Notes under the pieces: model-generated | Database searches by the model: none | Seen by the model: the letters and a program-made list of their open reading frames with translations, nothing else | Told to the model about the DNA's origin: nothing | Source of the DNA: Candidatus Moraniibacteriota bacterium | GTDB lineage: Bacteria > Patescibacteriota > Minisyncoccia > Moranbacterales > GCA-2747515 | NCBI GenBank assembly: GCA_040772365.1 | Contig: JAXGYI010000004.1 | Location: forward strand, 1-60,302 | Length of the DNA: 60,302 bases | Direction of reading: 5' to 3' | Position numbers and translations under genes: made by a program | In this document: piece after piece, positions 30,182-39,732 of the stretch | Layout of the letters: every line of letters starts with the position of its first letter | How positions within the stretch are numbered: the stretch's first letter is position 1

Positions 30182-30726
30182 ATGGCTTTCTTACATAGTT
30201 CACGATAAATACAGTTCTCACACTGCGCGGCATACGCCGTCTTTGCAACATGTAATGGATGGAAGCCACGCATGCGTACAAGCGTTTCTTCAAAACGCGC
30301 GCAACTCTCCGTGTCCATGGTGACATCGTATTTTTTGTTATCCGTCAACGAATGTAACGTCATTTTTTGCACACGATGTCCCATTTCCTCCAAGCAACAC
30401 TTCTGTGCCCACAGCTGAAATCGATAGCCTTCATGCACCTTTTTAATTGTGCGTTTTCGCTCTATGAGCTCACCTGTTTTTGTGTCAAACAGATCAATTT
30501 TTCCAACAATGCCGTATTGTTCTGAAAAAACCTCAATGCCCTGTAAGAGTGTTTTTCTTCCCTCCGCCGTCTTGCAATCCACGGTGGCATGAGCCAATCG
30601 CCCTGCAATTTGTGGCCGCGCCTTGTAGTGCCCGTCATCAAAACCTTCATAGACACTGTGAAAATATAGCGAATGTGGACAAAACAGAAAATCATTGATT
30701 TTGGAAATTTGGATATAATCGTACAT
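30178..30726 (-). CDS. cas4: CRISPR-associated protein Cas4 (type V-A)
   Basis: MYDYIQISKINDFLFCPHSLYFH, GKIDLFD, LIERK, C-terminal CENCIYRELC. Start placed at ATG 30726 because a consensus promoter lies at 30758-30786. Confidence 0.93.
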   Translation of the reverse strand: MYDYIQISKINDFLFCPHSLYFHSVYEGFDDGHYKARPQIAGRLAHATVDCKTAEGRKTLLQGIEVFSEQYGIVGKIDLFDTKTGELIERKRTIKKVHEGYRFQLWAQKCCLEEMGHRVQKMTLHSLTDNKKYDVTMDTESCARFEETLVRMRGFHPLHVAKTAYAAQCENCIYRELCKKAI

Positions 30727-30747
30727 AAAACATGCCACAAAAATACA

Positions 30748-30786
30748 AAAACAGCGCATTATATCATATATACGCTGTTTTGTCAA
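30748..30786 (-). promoter_or_regulatory. Consensus sigma70 promoter of cas4-cas1-cas2, overlapped by a 9-bp inverted repeat
   Basis: Minus strand TTGACA (30786-30781), 17 nt, TATAAT (30763-30758) with TG extension; AAAACAGCG (30748-56) / CGCTGTTTT (30773-81) flank the -10. Confidence 0.8.
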
Positions 30787-30802
30787 TATTCCTCTTTTCG
30801 CC

Positions 30803-33800
30803 CTACCTTCTTGTACAATTTTCCACGATAAATGCATCCCACTCTTCATTTTTAATAAAGAGATCTGGATTTGTTTTGTCTCTTTTTTCAGACTTACTCC
30901 ACGTATTAATTCTCTCCAAAATCAAAACTCCCTTACGTGCAATATTATACGCTCCATTAGCATCCCCGTTTTTTGGTAAATTTTTATCAAACTGCTCTGC
31001 TTTGCGACTGTCAAAAAACGGTTCCACAGGAGAAAGAATAAAATCTTCATCAGAAATTTTTTGCGCAGTTTTTTGATCCTGACAATCAAAGTTTCCAGAT
31101 TCTTTCAATGTGCGTATTTCCTTGTGTAAGTTGCCGTCGGTGTTTCTTATTTGGCATATCAAACGAAAATAGAAAACGATGCCTTCTAAGAGATCTTTTG
31201 AAGAATTTTCATTGATCTGGCTAATGATATTTTGTGAGATGTCAATTTTTTCAGCAATAAATAATTTTCTTAGGTTCTTGGTAATACTTCCATCACCTGC
31301 TGCAGGAAATTTTTTGTACTCCCATTGATTATTGCTTTCTTGATTGCGATAACCCTTCCATCGTTCAACATTGCTGCATACACGCCACTGTCTTCCTTCA
31401 TAAGTATATACAAAATCAAATCGCTGATTCTCATCACTCCATTCAATCGCATCTAGCTTTTCTTTTAACATCTTGCTTGTCAATTTTGCATTTTCATAAC
31501 GCAAGTACAAATGTGGTCGCCATCCACTCACAGGATCAATTTGAGAAGTATAGGCTGCTGTCGTATAAAAGATCATTCCCGTTTGCTTCCCCATCTCTTT
31601 GAGAGTTTTCACGGGAGCAGTGAGTTGATGTGCATTAAGCACTCCGCCGACTTCGGCTGGTTCTTTCGTTTTATCCACACAAAAATTTAATTTATCCAAG
31701 AGCGCCTTCTCCAACTGTTGGTATGTTGATTTTTCAATGCCACCACGCACTTGTTTAAAGCGCATATTTAAATCCTCAAAAACGATGATTGCATTATTCT
31801 CTATCGCAAGTTTTGCAATTTTATGTACGACGTGTGAAATATAGCCTTTTTTCAAATCCTTGATCTCATCCACTTTTTCCCAATCTCTCCTCTGCTGTTC
31901 GCGATTTTTTGCCCTCTTCTCTAACTCCCAATGATAATCTTTACCATTGATCACGTTCAAGGAATTACTCTCAAGAATTTTTCCTTTCTGATTAATCAAG
32001 GAATAGTAGACTAAGTGTTTTTCACCACGATCAATGCCCAAAATATTGATGTGTGGATTTTTTGCCAAAAATGCATTAACTTCCTGGTTAAACTGAAATG
32101 GCGTTTTTTCTCCCGCTGTCCTATTGATCGTAATTGGCACATGGAAAAAACTCTTGTCTTCCGTATAACGCTTTTTAGCTATAATGCCCCGCGTAAAATT
32201 GCGCTTCTCCTCTACCCTTGCGATTGATTTCGGTCTATGGAAGAGTTCCGCTTCTCCATTGAGTTTAAAGATGAAACTACGCAATGCATTTTCCTTAGAA
32301 AAAACATTTTCAAAATACATCGTATGCACGTTTTTCGTTCCACTTCTCTTCTTGCCAATATTCCAATCTCTGTTTTTTATATGGAAAAGATACAAATCAC
32401 CTGACTGATTCTTCTCATCAATATATTGTTCCGAAACATTTTGCCAAGAAATTTTATAGCCTTGATTAGATAAGTCATTTGTAAATTGTAAAAAATCTTC
32501 ATACTGACTTGTACTTTTTAACGTAAAATCAAAATCAAAATAGACCAGTCTTTCTTTATAGTAATCTATAAACTTGTGAAGATCTTTTATATTAAAAGCT
32601 TCACTAGATTTTAAGTATGTTTTTTGAACCCTAATTTCATTTATTTCCCGTGGAAGATATTTATTTTTAAAATATTCAAGAATTTTGTTTTCTCCATCAA
32701 AATCTCCTAGACTATCTATAGGAATATTGTTTTTCGAACAGAAGTTATTCCACTTTAGATCTCCCTTACCACCAGTCTTTCTAACCGTTTTTCCATTTAT
32801 AGCAATTAGATTCTGAATATCTTTTGAAGCATCTGAAATTTGCTTATATTCCATTTTTTCATAACCCGTCCCCTCGAAATTATTTCTGTATTTATCATCG
32901 AAAATCTTGTTTGCACCACCAGATTTTTTCATCACTCCCAAAAAGTAGTTGCCATTTTTTCTGAGAATCACCGCCGTATTATCAGACTCTTTGTTTTTAT
33001 CCCAACCATTCGCCAGAGTTGGATTCTCAAAATTCAACTTCCATTTTTGCACTTCCTCCCATGGCTTTTTGGTCAAATAGTTCCGCAAGCGATTATAGGG
33101 CTGCACAATTTTTTCATACGCCTCCGCAAAAAAATCGTTATAATATTTCTCATAAAAAGCGTCATCTGTTTCCAAAAAATCCACGTTCCAACGATTTTTG
33201 TACTCCAGAGAAAAATACTTTGCAAATTGATAAATTGACAAAAGATTGTCTGCAAACAACTTCACCGTTGCCGTGAGTTCTTTTGTTTTTTTCAACTCAT
33301 CTTTACGAAGCTCCTCGTCCAATTTTTGTGCAAAAATTTTATAACCCTGCACTTCCCCATTTCCTGATTTTGCGAGAAGCTCTGAGAATTCTTGCAATAA
33401 AATATGCAAAAACTGCTGCCAAACATTATCCGCTGTTGTACGCTCTTGGTGATACTTCTCTTTCCAAAAAACAGCAGTGCCGTCAAAACCCGCAGTAATT
33501 TTCTCCAAAGATGCCTGAACATACGCCACCTTGATATGATTGGGAAATGTGTATCTTTCCTGCTTCTTGTCATACCGTGCCGACTTGTCTTTGTTTTCCT
33601 TGAATACCTCAAACAATTGTTCCTCCCATAGTCTTATATCCACAGAATATTTGCGTGACAATGTCTCGAATCCTTTTTTGGTAAAATAGATCCTTGTTAG
33701 ATCAAAGTCGGAGTTATGGTACGCAAAATCCTCAAAAAGTTTTTTCAAAACTACCACCGATGCATTACCTGTCTGCAACAACTCTGTCAATTCCTTTTTC

Positions 33801-34780
33801 AGTTGTTCCTCACTGTCAATTTCGTCAATGAATTTCTCCTTTGGACTTAAAATTTGTTTGTCCAATGTTTTGAGGTGCTGTATTTTGATTTTTTTTCTCT
33901 GCTTAAACAGGTTTGCTTCTTTTTTAATGTGCCCAACGACTTGGTTATATCCATCGATACCCGTGCCAAGATCGCTGCCACTGCCTTTCTTGCCCTGCAA
34001 AACGAAGTCGCCAAAATTCCCCGCATTTTTTATCATATCACAATACTTCTCCGGCAACGTCTCCAAAAATTCTTTTGGGTATTTTTCCAACAACCATCGA
34101 TTTTCAAAACATCGCCTAAGATTATCCGTAATTCTTGTGGCAATAGCAGTTGCTGTCCCATCTGCCTTATAGAAATTTGCACGCGTTTCAAAGAATTTTT
34201 TAAAATAGCCTATAAAGCCCTTCCAGCCTTCAAAAATAGAAATGGTTTCTTCTATCACTTCACCGGTCTTTTGATCTGTTCTGCTAATCACCTCAATTGT
34301 ATCTTCGTTATATGTGCCATCATCATTTCTTCCATATCGTGGCAAAAGCACATTTTCAAAAACACCCTCCTCGGACAAAAAGCCGATATTTTTATTTTTC
34401 AATCCTGTATATTTTTCTGTTGCCCATTTTTTTGCTTGTGCATTTAAAGCTATAACAACTTCTCTCCGTAACACCCCCTCTTTATCTTCCACAGTGTTTC
34501 TAAGAGTCTTATTTTTTCTATCATCCATAAACTTCTTCAGCGCTGCCTCATACTCTCTCAAATCGGAAAATACAAAACCCTCTAGCCCTGCCTGAATAAA
34601 CTCTCGATGCAGTCTGTCAAAAAATGGTTTTGTTTTAATATATTTTTCACGAATTGCGCGATCAATATCAAAAACATTGTTTTCTTTCAGCATCTCCTGT
34701 GTCTTCCCCACCGGCTTCAACTCAAAACGCAACGTTTTGGAAAGGCTATACTTGTTTGTAAATTGATCAAAAACGCTCAT
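30803..34780 (-). CDS. cas12a: Type V-A effector Cas12a (Cpf1), 1325 aa
   Basis: YSLSKTLRFELKPVG, KLNFENPTLANGWDKNKE, NVHTMYF, RuvC motifs GIDRGEKHL / FEDLN / GDANGAYNIARKG all intact. Confidence 0.97.
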   Translation of the reverse strand: MSVFDQFTNKYSLSKTLRFELKPVGKTQEMLKENNVFDIDRAIREKYIKTKPFFDRLHREFIQAGLEGFVFSDLREYEAALKKFMDDRKNKTLRNTVEDKEGVLRREVVIALNAQAKKWATEKYTGLKNKNIGFLSEEGVFENVLLPRYGRNDDGTYNEDTIEVISRTDQKTGEVIEETISIFEGWKGFIGYFKKFFETRANFYKADGTATAIATRITDNLRRCFENRWLLEKYPKEFLETLPEKYCDMIKNAGNFGDFVLQGKKGSGSDLGTGIDGYNQVVGHIKKEANLFKQRKKIKIQHLKTLDKQILSPKEKFIDEIDSEEQLKKELTELLQTGNASVVVLKKLFEDFAYHNSDFDLTRIYFTKKGFETLSRKYSVDIRLWEEQLFEVFKENKDKSARYDKKQERYTFPNHIKVAYVQASLEKITAGFDGTAVFWKEKYHQERTTADNVWQQFLHILLQEFSELLAKSGNGEVQGYKIFAQKLDEELRKDELKKTKELTATVKLFADNLLSIYQFAKYFSLEYKNRWNVDFLETDDAFYEKYYNDFFAEAYEKIVQPYNRLRNYLTKKPWEEVQKWKLNFENPTLANGWDKNKESDNTAVILRKNGNYFLGVMKKSGGANKIFDDKYRNNFEGTGYEKMEYKQISDASKDIQNLIAINGKTVRKTGGKGDLKWNNFCSKNNIPIDSLGDFDGENKILEYFKNKYLPREINEIRVQKTYLKSSEAFNIKDLHKFIDYYKERLVYFDFDFTLKSTSQYEDFLQFTNDLSNQGYKISWQNVSEQYIDEKNQSGDLYLFHIKNRDWNIGKKRSGTKNVHTMYFENVFSKENALRSFIFKLNGEAELFHRPKSIARVEEKRNFTRGIIAKKRYTEDKSFFHVPITINRTAGEKTPFQFNQEVNAFLAKNPHINILGIDRGEKHLVYYSLINQKGKILESNSLNVINGKDYHWELEKRAKNREQQRRDWEKVDEIKDLKKGYISHVVHKIAKLAIENNAIIVFEDLNMRFKQVRGGIEKSTYQQLEKALLDKLNFCVDKTKEPAEVGGVLNAHQLTAPVKTLKEMGKQTGMIFYTTAAYTSQIDPVSGWRPHLYLRYENAKLTSKMLKEKLDAIEWSDENQRFDFVYTYEGRQWRVCSNVERWKGYRNQESNNQWEYKKFPAAGDGSITKNLRKLFIAEKIDISQNIISQINENSSKDLLEGIVFYFRLICQIRNTDGNLHKEIRTLKESGNFDCQDQKTAQKISDEDFILSPVEPFFDSRKAEQFDKNLPKNGDANGAYNIARKGVLILERINTWSKSEKRDKTNPDLFIKNEEWDAFIVENCTRR

Positions 34781-34980
34781 AAGATTATTTCACAAAATAT
34801 ATATCTATGTGTATCTTACTGTGTTTTCAATAAAATGACAAACACTGTTTAAGGCCATCATGAAAACCACCACATGCATAGTTTTGTATATCATAGATTT
34901 ATGCTTCGTTAACAATGACTGCAGAACACCTATACACCGCTCAGATAGGAGAGCAGTAAAGAAATGAGGAGAGGAATAGT

Positions 34981-35018
34981 AAAAACCCCATTCGCAAAAT
35001 ATCGCGAACGGGGTTTTT
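34981..35018 (-). terminator. Intrinsic terminator separating the spermidine-synthase-like gene from cas12a
   Basis: Minus strand AAAAACCCCGTTCGC-gatatttt-GCGAATGGGGTTTTT. Confidence 0.75.
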
Positions 35019-35061
35019 CTTTGCGAAAGAATATGCATCTTCTCACTTTATGCTACATTTG

Positions 35062-36570
35062 CTACTGGTTTACGCGCATGTAGTAATCCACCGGTGCATA
35101 ATCATCAGTGAGAATCGGCATATCGGATGGAATAGTAGCAGTCCATTGATGACGTAAGTAGCCATTCAGTGTGGCGTCATCGGAAGAAAGCGGTGGCGCC
35201 TGTGATGATTTTGTTGCAATAATCATGATATTTTGCACAACATCACCATCATGTGCGCTGTCTACAGGAAACACCAACACGTGTGGAAACACCGCCTTGT
35301 ACGTTGCGTATTCCGCACGAAAGAAGCGTCCCGCATCTCCATAGATCGATCCAATCACATTTGCAATCACCACACCATTCGGTGTCAGCGCATCACGCAT
35401 CTGTTCCACTGCTTGTCGAGTAGTGAGATGATGTGGTATGGAATACCGCTCTGAAAATGCATCACACAGAATTGCATCGTATAGCACATCTGTCTGTGCA
35501 AGAACCACACGTCCATCAGTATGAAAAACACGCAATTGTGGATGTGTGCGGTCGAGAGAAAAATATTTTTGCGCCAAGGCGGTCACACCAGGGTCAATTT
35601 CCACAACATCAATGTATTTTTCTGGATACTGTGCAAGGTAGTCCCGAGGAAAGGAATAGCCGGCACCACCAAGCATCAACACGTGCGAAAAATGCGGCGT
35701 AAAATGCCGGATAAGGTGGTAGTAGCGCGTATACGTGTTGACGAGCAGATCGCTATCGAGCGCCATTGCGGACTGATTGCTATTGTTCATACTCATAATG
35801 CGCACACGCAGATCGCCGTGCTCTGCATCTTTTTTTACAGCATCAAAAATCCACACACGACTGTATGCCGTATCCACATCTGCGATAATATTGCGTGAGT
35901 GGAGTGGCACAACATTGAAAAACACTGCCATGCCGATAATTGTCATGATCACCGTGCGAGGAAAAAACTTTTTCAGCGAAAGAATATATGACAGACCTGC
36001 TGTGACTGCAAAGATCATAATCATAATTCGCTGTGTACCGATGTGCGGAATCAGCACAAGCCCGGCAAGAAATGTTCCAATGATACTACCACATGTGGAA
36101 ATCGCATAGAGGCGGCCTACGACTTTTCCACTTGTGTCTGCAGACTGCAATCGCAGTCGTACTGCATACGGAGATACTGCGCCCAAAAAAATACTTGCTG
36201 GTGCAAAGAGGATGCTGCAACCAATCAATAGCCCTGTTGTACTGCTACCAAAAATATCAAGTACTGTTGTCAGGATGCTGTCTTTGATGATTGTTGTGAT
36301 GCCCAAAAATACCGCTGCAAGAAAAACAATCGATGCTAAACCATTGATCCGCGGCACACGATCTGCAATGCTGCCGCCAATATAGTATCCCGCACTCAAA
36401 CTTCCCATAATCACCCCAATCATCACCGTCCACACGAGTGTCGATGAGCCGAAATAGGGACTACAGATGCGCGATCCCACAATTTCAAAAATCATTACCA
36501 CTGCCCCGCAGATAAAAACGGCGCAATATATGGCAATACGCTCCATCCACTGTCGTCGCATACAATTCAC
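35062..36570 (-). CDS. Fused membrane-domain/spermidine-synthase-like SAM methyltransferase
   Basis: ~6-7 TM N-terminus (EIVGSR...PYFGSS..VWT); C-terminal MLGGAGYS, VVEIDPGV, DGR, DAF, LTDDYAPVD. Confidence 0.85.
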   Translation of the reverse strand: MNCMRRQWMERIAIYCAVFICGAVVMIFEIVGSRICSPYFGSSTLVWTVMIGVIMGSLSAGYYIGGSIADRVPRINGLASIVFLAAVFLGITTIIKDSILTTVLDIFGSSTTGLLIGCSILFAPASIFLGAVSPYAVRLRLQSADTSGKVVGRLYAISTCGSIIGTFLAGLVLIPHIGTQRIMIMIFAVTAGLSYILSLKKFFPRTVIMTIIGMAVFFNVVPLHSRNIIADVDTAYSRVWIFDAVKKDAEHGDLRVRIMSMNNSNQSAMALDSDLLVNTYTRYYHLIRHFTPHFSHVLMLGGAGYSFPRDYLAQYPEKYIDVVEIDPGVTALAQKYFSLDRTHPQLRVFHTDGRVVLAQTDVLYDAILCDAFSERYSIPHHLTTRQAVEQMRDALTPNGVVIANVIGSIYGDAGRFFRAEYATYKAVFPHVLVFPVDSAHDGDVVQNIMIIATKSSQAPPLSSDDATLNGYLRHQWTATIPSDMPILTDDYAPVDYYMRVNQ

Positions 36571-36585
36571 GCACTACACACGAAG

Positions 36586-36792
36586 TTATCCTTCCAGTTC
36601 TTTTTTTACTTCCTCAAATTCGTTTTCAATATCCGCAAGACGTTTTTTGGATGCTTTGATCAGTGCTGCACCTGCTTTAACCTTCTCAATTCCTTCCTCC
36701 ACATCCACTTCATCTTGTGATTCAAACCACGCCACAATCTGCTCGATATCTTTCAAATTTTTTGTAAGATTGATTTTTTGCTGTCCTGCCAT
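36586..36792 (-). CDS. xseB: Exodeoxyribonuclease VII small subunit
   Basis: LKDIEQIVAWFE...DVEEGIEKVKAG...LADIENEF; directly downstream of xseA. Confidence 0.88.
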   Translation of the reverse strand: MAGQQKINLTKNLKDIEQIVAWFESQDEVDVEEGIEKVKAGAALIKASKKRLADIENEFEEVKKELEG

Positions 36793-36861
36793 ATGTTTAT
36801 ACGTTAAAAATAGAATACATGTGTTTATGCTAGAACATTATCACCACAGTGTAAAGCAATG

Positions 36862-38751
36862 CTACCGTGTTGTTGCAGCAATGTCACCATCTGCGACGCG
36901 CACGGTAATTGATTGGGCTGACGTGACATCATGAATGCTACGAATGATCTTACCCTGTGGATCGCGCGTAATGCTATAGCCAAGTGCTAGCTGCCGCTCA
37001 GGATCGTGCTGCGTAAGTGCAGCATGGAGCTCTGTTGTCTTACGTTTTGATCGTACTATCGCTTCGCGTACTGTACGAACTTCGCGTGTTAGCTGCATGC
37101 ACGCACGAGCACTGTGCTGCGCATGCTGCTGTGCACTCAGAATCTGTGCACTCTGCTCGCACAAATGCGTATCTACCGTACGTAGTGCAAAGCCAAGATG
37201 CGCACTGCATCGTTCAAGCTGTCGTACGCGTCCGTCAAATGCCTCCCTGATGTCGCCAAAACGTGCAACCATTACATGCACCGTATGTGCAAGCGTATGT
37301 GTCACACCGTGCACCGCTGCATCCATCTGTGTTGTAAGAATATAATGTGCACGCGCCGTAGCATTCGCCGCGGCGTGCACATGTGCCTGCAAACGATCTA
37401 CCGTACGCAGAAAATTCTGGTGAGTGCTACGCACATGTGCAACGATACCAACCATGGCGTGCTCTAGCACCGTAACTTGTGTGCCAAGGTTGTGGCGTGT
37501 CATCGAGAGTGTTGTGGTAAATGTAGTGTGGAGACGATGCGCTGCACTGTGTAGTGTTGCGACGTACGTATCCCAGCTCTCACGTACCGCACGTGCAGCA
37601 GCAGTTGGCGTACTCACCCCCACATCTGCTACAAGCGTTGCCAGCGTTTCATCTTGATCGTGTCCCACACCCACAACAACCGGTACGGGAAAGTTGCGAA
37701 TCATACGAACGATAGTCTCATTGTTAAAGGCTTGCAGGCTTTCCAAGCTTCCGCCACCGCGCACGATGACTAGCACATCAAGATCTTCTTGTGCCATAGC
37801 ACGCAGTGCGGCGCGTAGTTCCATGAGTGCGTTTGCACCCTCCACGCTCGTATGGTGAAAGCGAATCGTATAGCCATACTGTCCGACATTACTCCTAAAA
37901 TCACCAATTGCCGCACCTGTACGTGACGTAATCAATCCAATGCGTGTTGGTAGCATTGGTAGTGGTCGTTTGACTTCTTGTGCAAGTAGCCCCTCAGTGG
38001 TTAATTTTTTCTTGAGTGCGTCATAGGCTTTTTTGAGTGCACCCTCACCAGCAAGTGATACTGTGCGCCCAATAAAACTAAAGCCGTACCGATTATGATA
38101 ACTGGGGTGTCCCATCAGTACAATTTCCATCCCGTCAGAAAGTTCTACACCCGACATGTCGTACACATCACAAAATACCATACACCGCAACACACTCTGC
38201 TCATCCTTGATCTCAAAATACACGTGCCCACTTGCACTGCGCTTAAACCCCACCACTTCACCGCGCACACGCACATCGCGAAACTGCGCACCCAGTGCCG
38301 TATCAATCATCGTCACCAATGTCGTCACTGATAGGATGTGATCATCAGATGTATCATCGCGGACTTCACCAGTGGCATAATCCACGGTGTGTGTATTCAA
38401 GAGATGGCGCGATGCGTTTTGTGCAGCGTGATTGACCTCCTGCGCTTCTGTAAAGAGGTCTTGCGTCCTCTCCTGCCCTGCAGCGGACATACGCTGTGAC
38501 ACACCACCTCCGCCGGCAAGGGTACTCTCACGCACCATGCGCACAATCGTATCACCATATTTGCGCACCTTAATCGGTCCCATGCCCTTAATTTTTAAAA
38601 GCTCCGTTGTTGTTTTCGGTTGCACGCGTGCAATTTCTTTGAGTACAGCAAACTGCAGTACCATGTACGGCTCAATGTATTCTTTCGCAGCTTGTTCTTT
38701 CTGCCATGTGGCAAGTTTTTGGAGAAGTGTCATATAGTGCCATTGTGCCAT
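36862..38751 (-). CDS. xseA: Exodeoxyribonuclease VII large subunit with an N-terminal HRDC-like domain
   Basis: First ~75 aa LATWQKEQAAKEYIEPYMVL...LKEIARVQPKTTTELLKIKGMGPIKVRKYG (HRDC); then OB fold GHVYFEIKD, VIVRGGGS, VGVGHDQD, STPTAAA, PERQLALGYSI. Confidence 0.92.
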   Translation of the reverse strand: MAQWHYMTLLQKLATWQKEQAAKEYIEPYMVLQFAVLKEIARVQPKTTTELLKIKGMGPIKVRKYGDTIVRMVRESTLAGGGGVSQRMSAAGQERTQDLFTEAQEVNHAAQNASRHLLNTHTVDYATGEVRDDTSDDHILSVTTLVTMIDTALGAQFRDVRVRGEVVGFKRSASGHVYFEIKDEQSVLRCMVFCDVYDMSGVELSDGMEIVLMGHPSYHNRYGFSFIGRTVSLAGEGALKKAYDALKKKLTTEGLLAQEVKRPLPMLPTRIGLITSRTGAAIGDFRSNVGQYGYTIRFHHTSVEGANALMELRAALRAMAQEDLDVLVIVRGGGSLESLQAFNNETIVRMIRNFPVPVVVGVGHDQDETLATLVADVGVSTPTAAARAVRESWDTYVATLHSAAHRLHTTFTTTLSMTRHNLGTQVTVLEHAMVGIVAHVRSTHQNFLRTVDRLQAHVHAAANATARAHYILTTQMDAAVHGVTHTLAHTVHVMVARFGDIREAFDGRVRQLERCSAHLGFALRTVDTHLCEQSAQILSAQQHAQHSARACMQLTREVRTVREAIVRSKRKTTELHAALTQHDPERQLALGYSITRDPQGKIIRSIHDVTSAQSITVRVADGDIAATTR

Positions 38752-38778
38752 CAGATGCCTTCTTTGGCAAAATACACA

Positions 38779-39507
38779 TTATACTATGGGCTCGCGAATC
38801 TCATTTGCGCCATATTGTCGGATGTGGCGCCGCTCTGTACGGTTGCAAGCACCCCATGTAAGGAGTGGTTGGTTTTTTTCATGTGTGCGTCGTGGATCGC
38901 CATAGCGTGCAAGATACGATGCCCGTACCACAAAAAAATCTGGCGCAAAACCGCTTACACGTAGAAACACAGATGCACCCCACCGCTTTGCTGTAGCAAT
39001 AACAGGATGGTTTTCAGGATAGTCGCTGCAGTGATATCCTACTGCAACCTGTGACATGCGCCGCTTGATAGCGCACGCAAGAAATGCATCAAAGGATGAG
39101 ATGCTGTACGGTCCATCATAGCGTGCAAGCACCTGCACAAGTGCGCTTACGAACTGTGCACGATGTGTATAGCGGGGTTTTATTTCCAAAAGCAGCGGCA
39201 CACGCCCACCTACTGTCTGCAAGACATCCTGCAACGATGGGATGTGATATTTTGTACGCTGTAGATCCAATGTGTGCAGATACGCCATCGTCTGCGCATC
39301 AACTCTCCCCGCGCAACCGGTCATGCGCATAGCTGTTGTGTCGTGAAACACAAAAGGCACCCCGTCCACACTCATGCGCACGTCGCACTCAATGCCGTAT
39401 CCCGCAGCGACTGCACGGGCAAACGCGCCGAGAGAATTTTCCGGATGCTGCGCATCCCATAGTCCGCGATGAATAAAAGTGCTGTGTGTCAACATAGTGC
39501 GCGACAT
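38779..39507 (-). CDS. Glycerophosphodiester phosphodiesterase family protein
   Basis: IHRGL, PENSLGAF, IECDVRMSVDG..VFHD, LLEIK. Confidence 0.88.
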   Translation of the reverse strand: MSRTMLTHSTFIHRGLWDAQHPENSLGAFARAVAAGYGIECDVRMSVDGVPFVFHDTTAMRMTGCAGRVDAQTMAYLHTLDLQRTKYHIPSLQDVLQTVGGRVPLLLEIKPRYTHRAQFVSALVQVLARYDGPYSISSFDAFLACAIKRRMSQVAVGYHCSDYPENHPVIATAKRWGASVFLRVSGFAPDFFVVRASYLARYGDPRRTHEKNQPLLTWGACNRTERRHIRQYGANEIREPIV

Positions 39508-39512
39508 AGATC

Positions 39513-39716
39513 TTAGATCAACCCGCTATACACATTACCCATCACTGATAAAAACCACGGGATGGCAAAAAGTAGTCCAATAACTGGCAGCGCAAACGCC
39601 ACAATGGAAATACCAACCATCGCAAGAAATAACTTGCGCGTCTGCTCCACACTTTTATAAATTGCAGTAAGCTTTTCTTCGTGTACGTCCAACCTTTGCC
39701 GTATATCGTGTTCCAT
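39513..39716 (-). CDS. Small coiled-coil plus TM membrane protein
   Basis: MEHDIRQRLDVHEEKLTAIYKSVEQTRKLF followed by a hydrophobic segment; start placed at ATG 39716. Confidence 0.7.
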   Translation of the reverse strand: MEHDIRQRLDVHEEKLTAIYKSVEQTRKLFLAMVGISIVAFALPVIGLLFAIPWFLSVMGNVYSGLI

Positions 39717-39732
39717 AAAAGATAGTGTGTTA

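Noticed and set aside
34781-35061. Possible degenerate repeat, mini-array or tracr/scout-like RNA upstream of cas12a
   Set aside because: I found no convincing match to the repeat handle by eye, only a terminator and promoter-like sequence; a covariance search would be needed.
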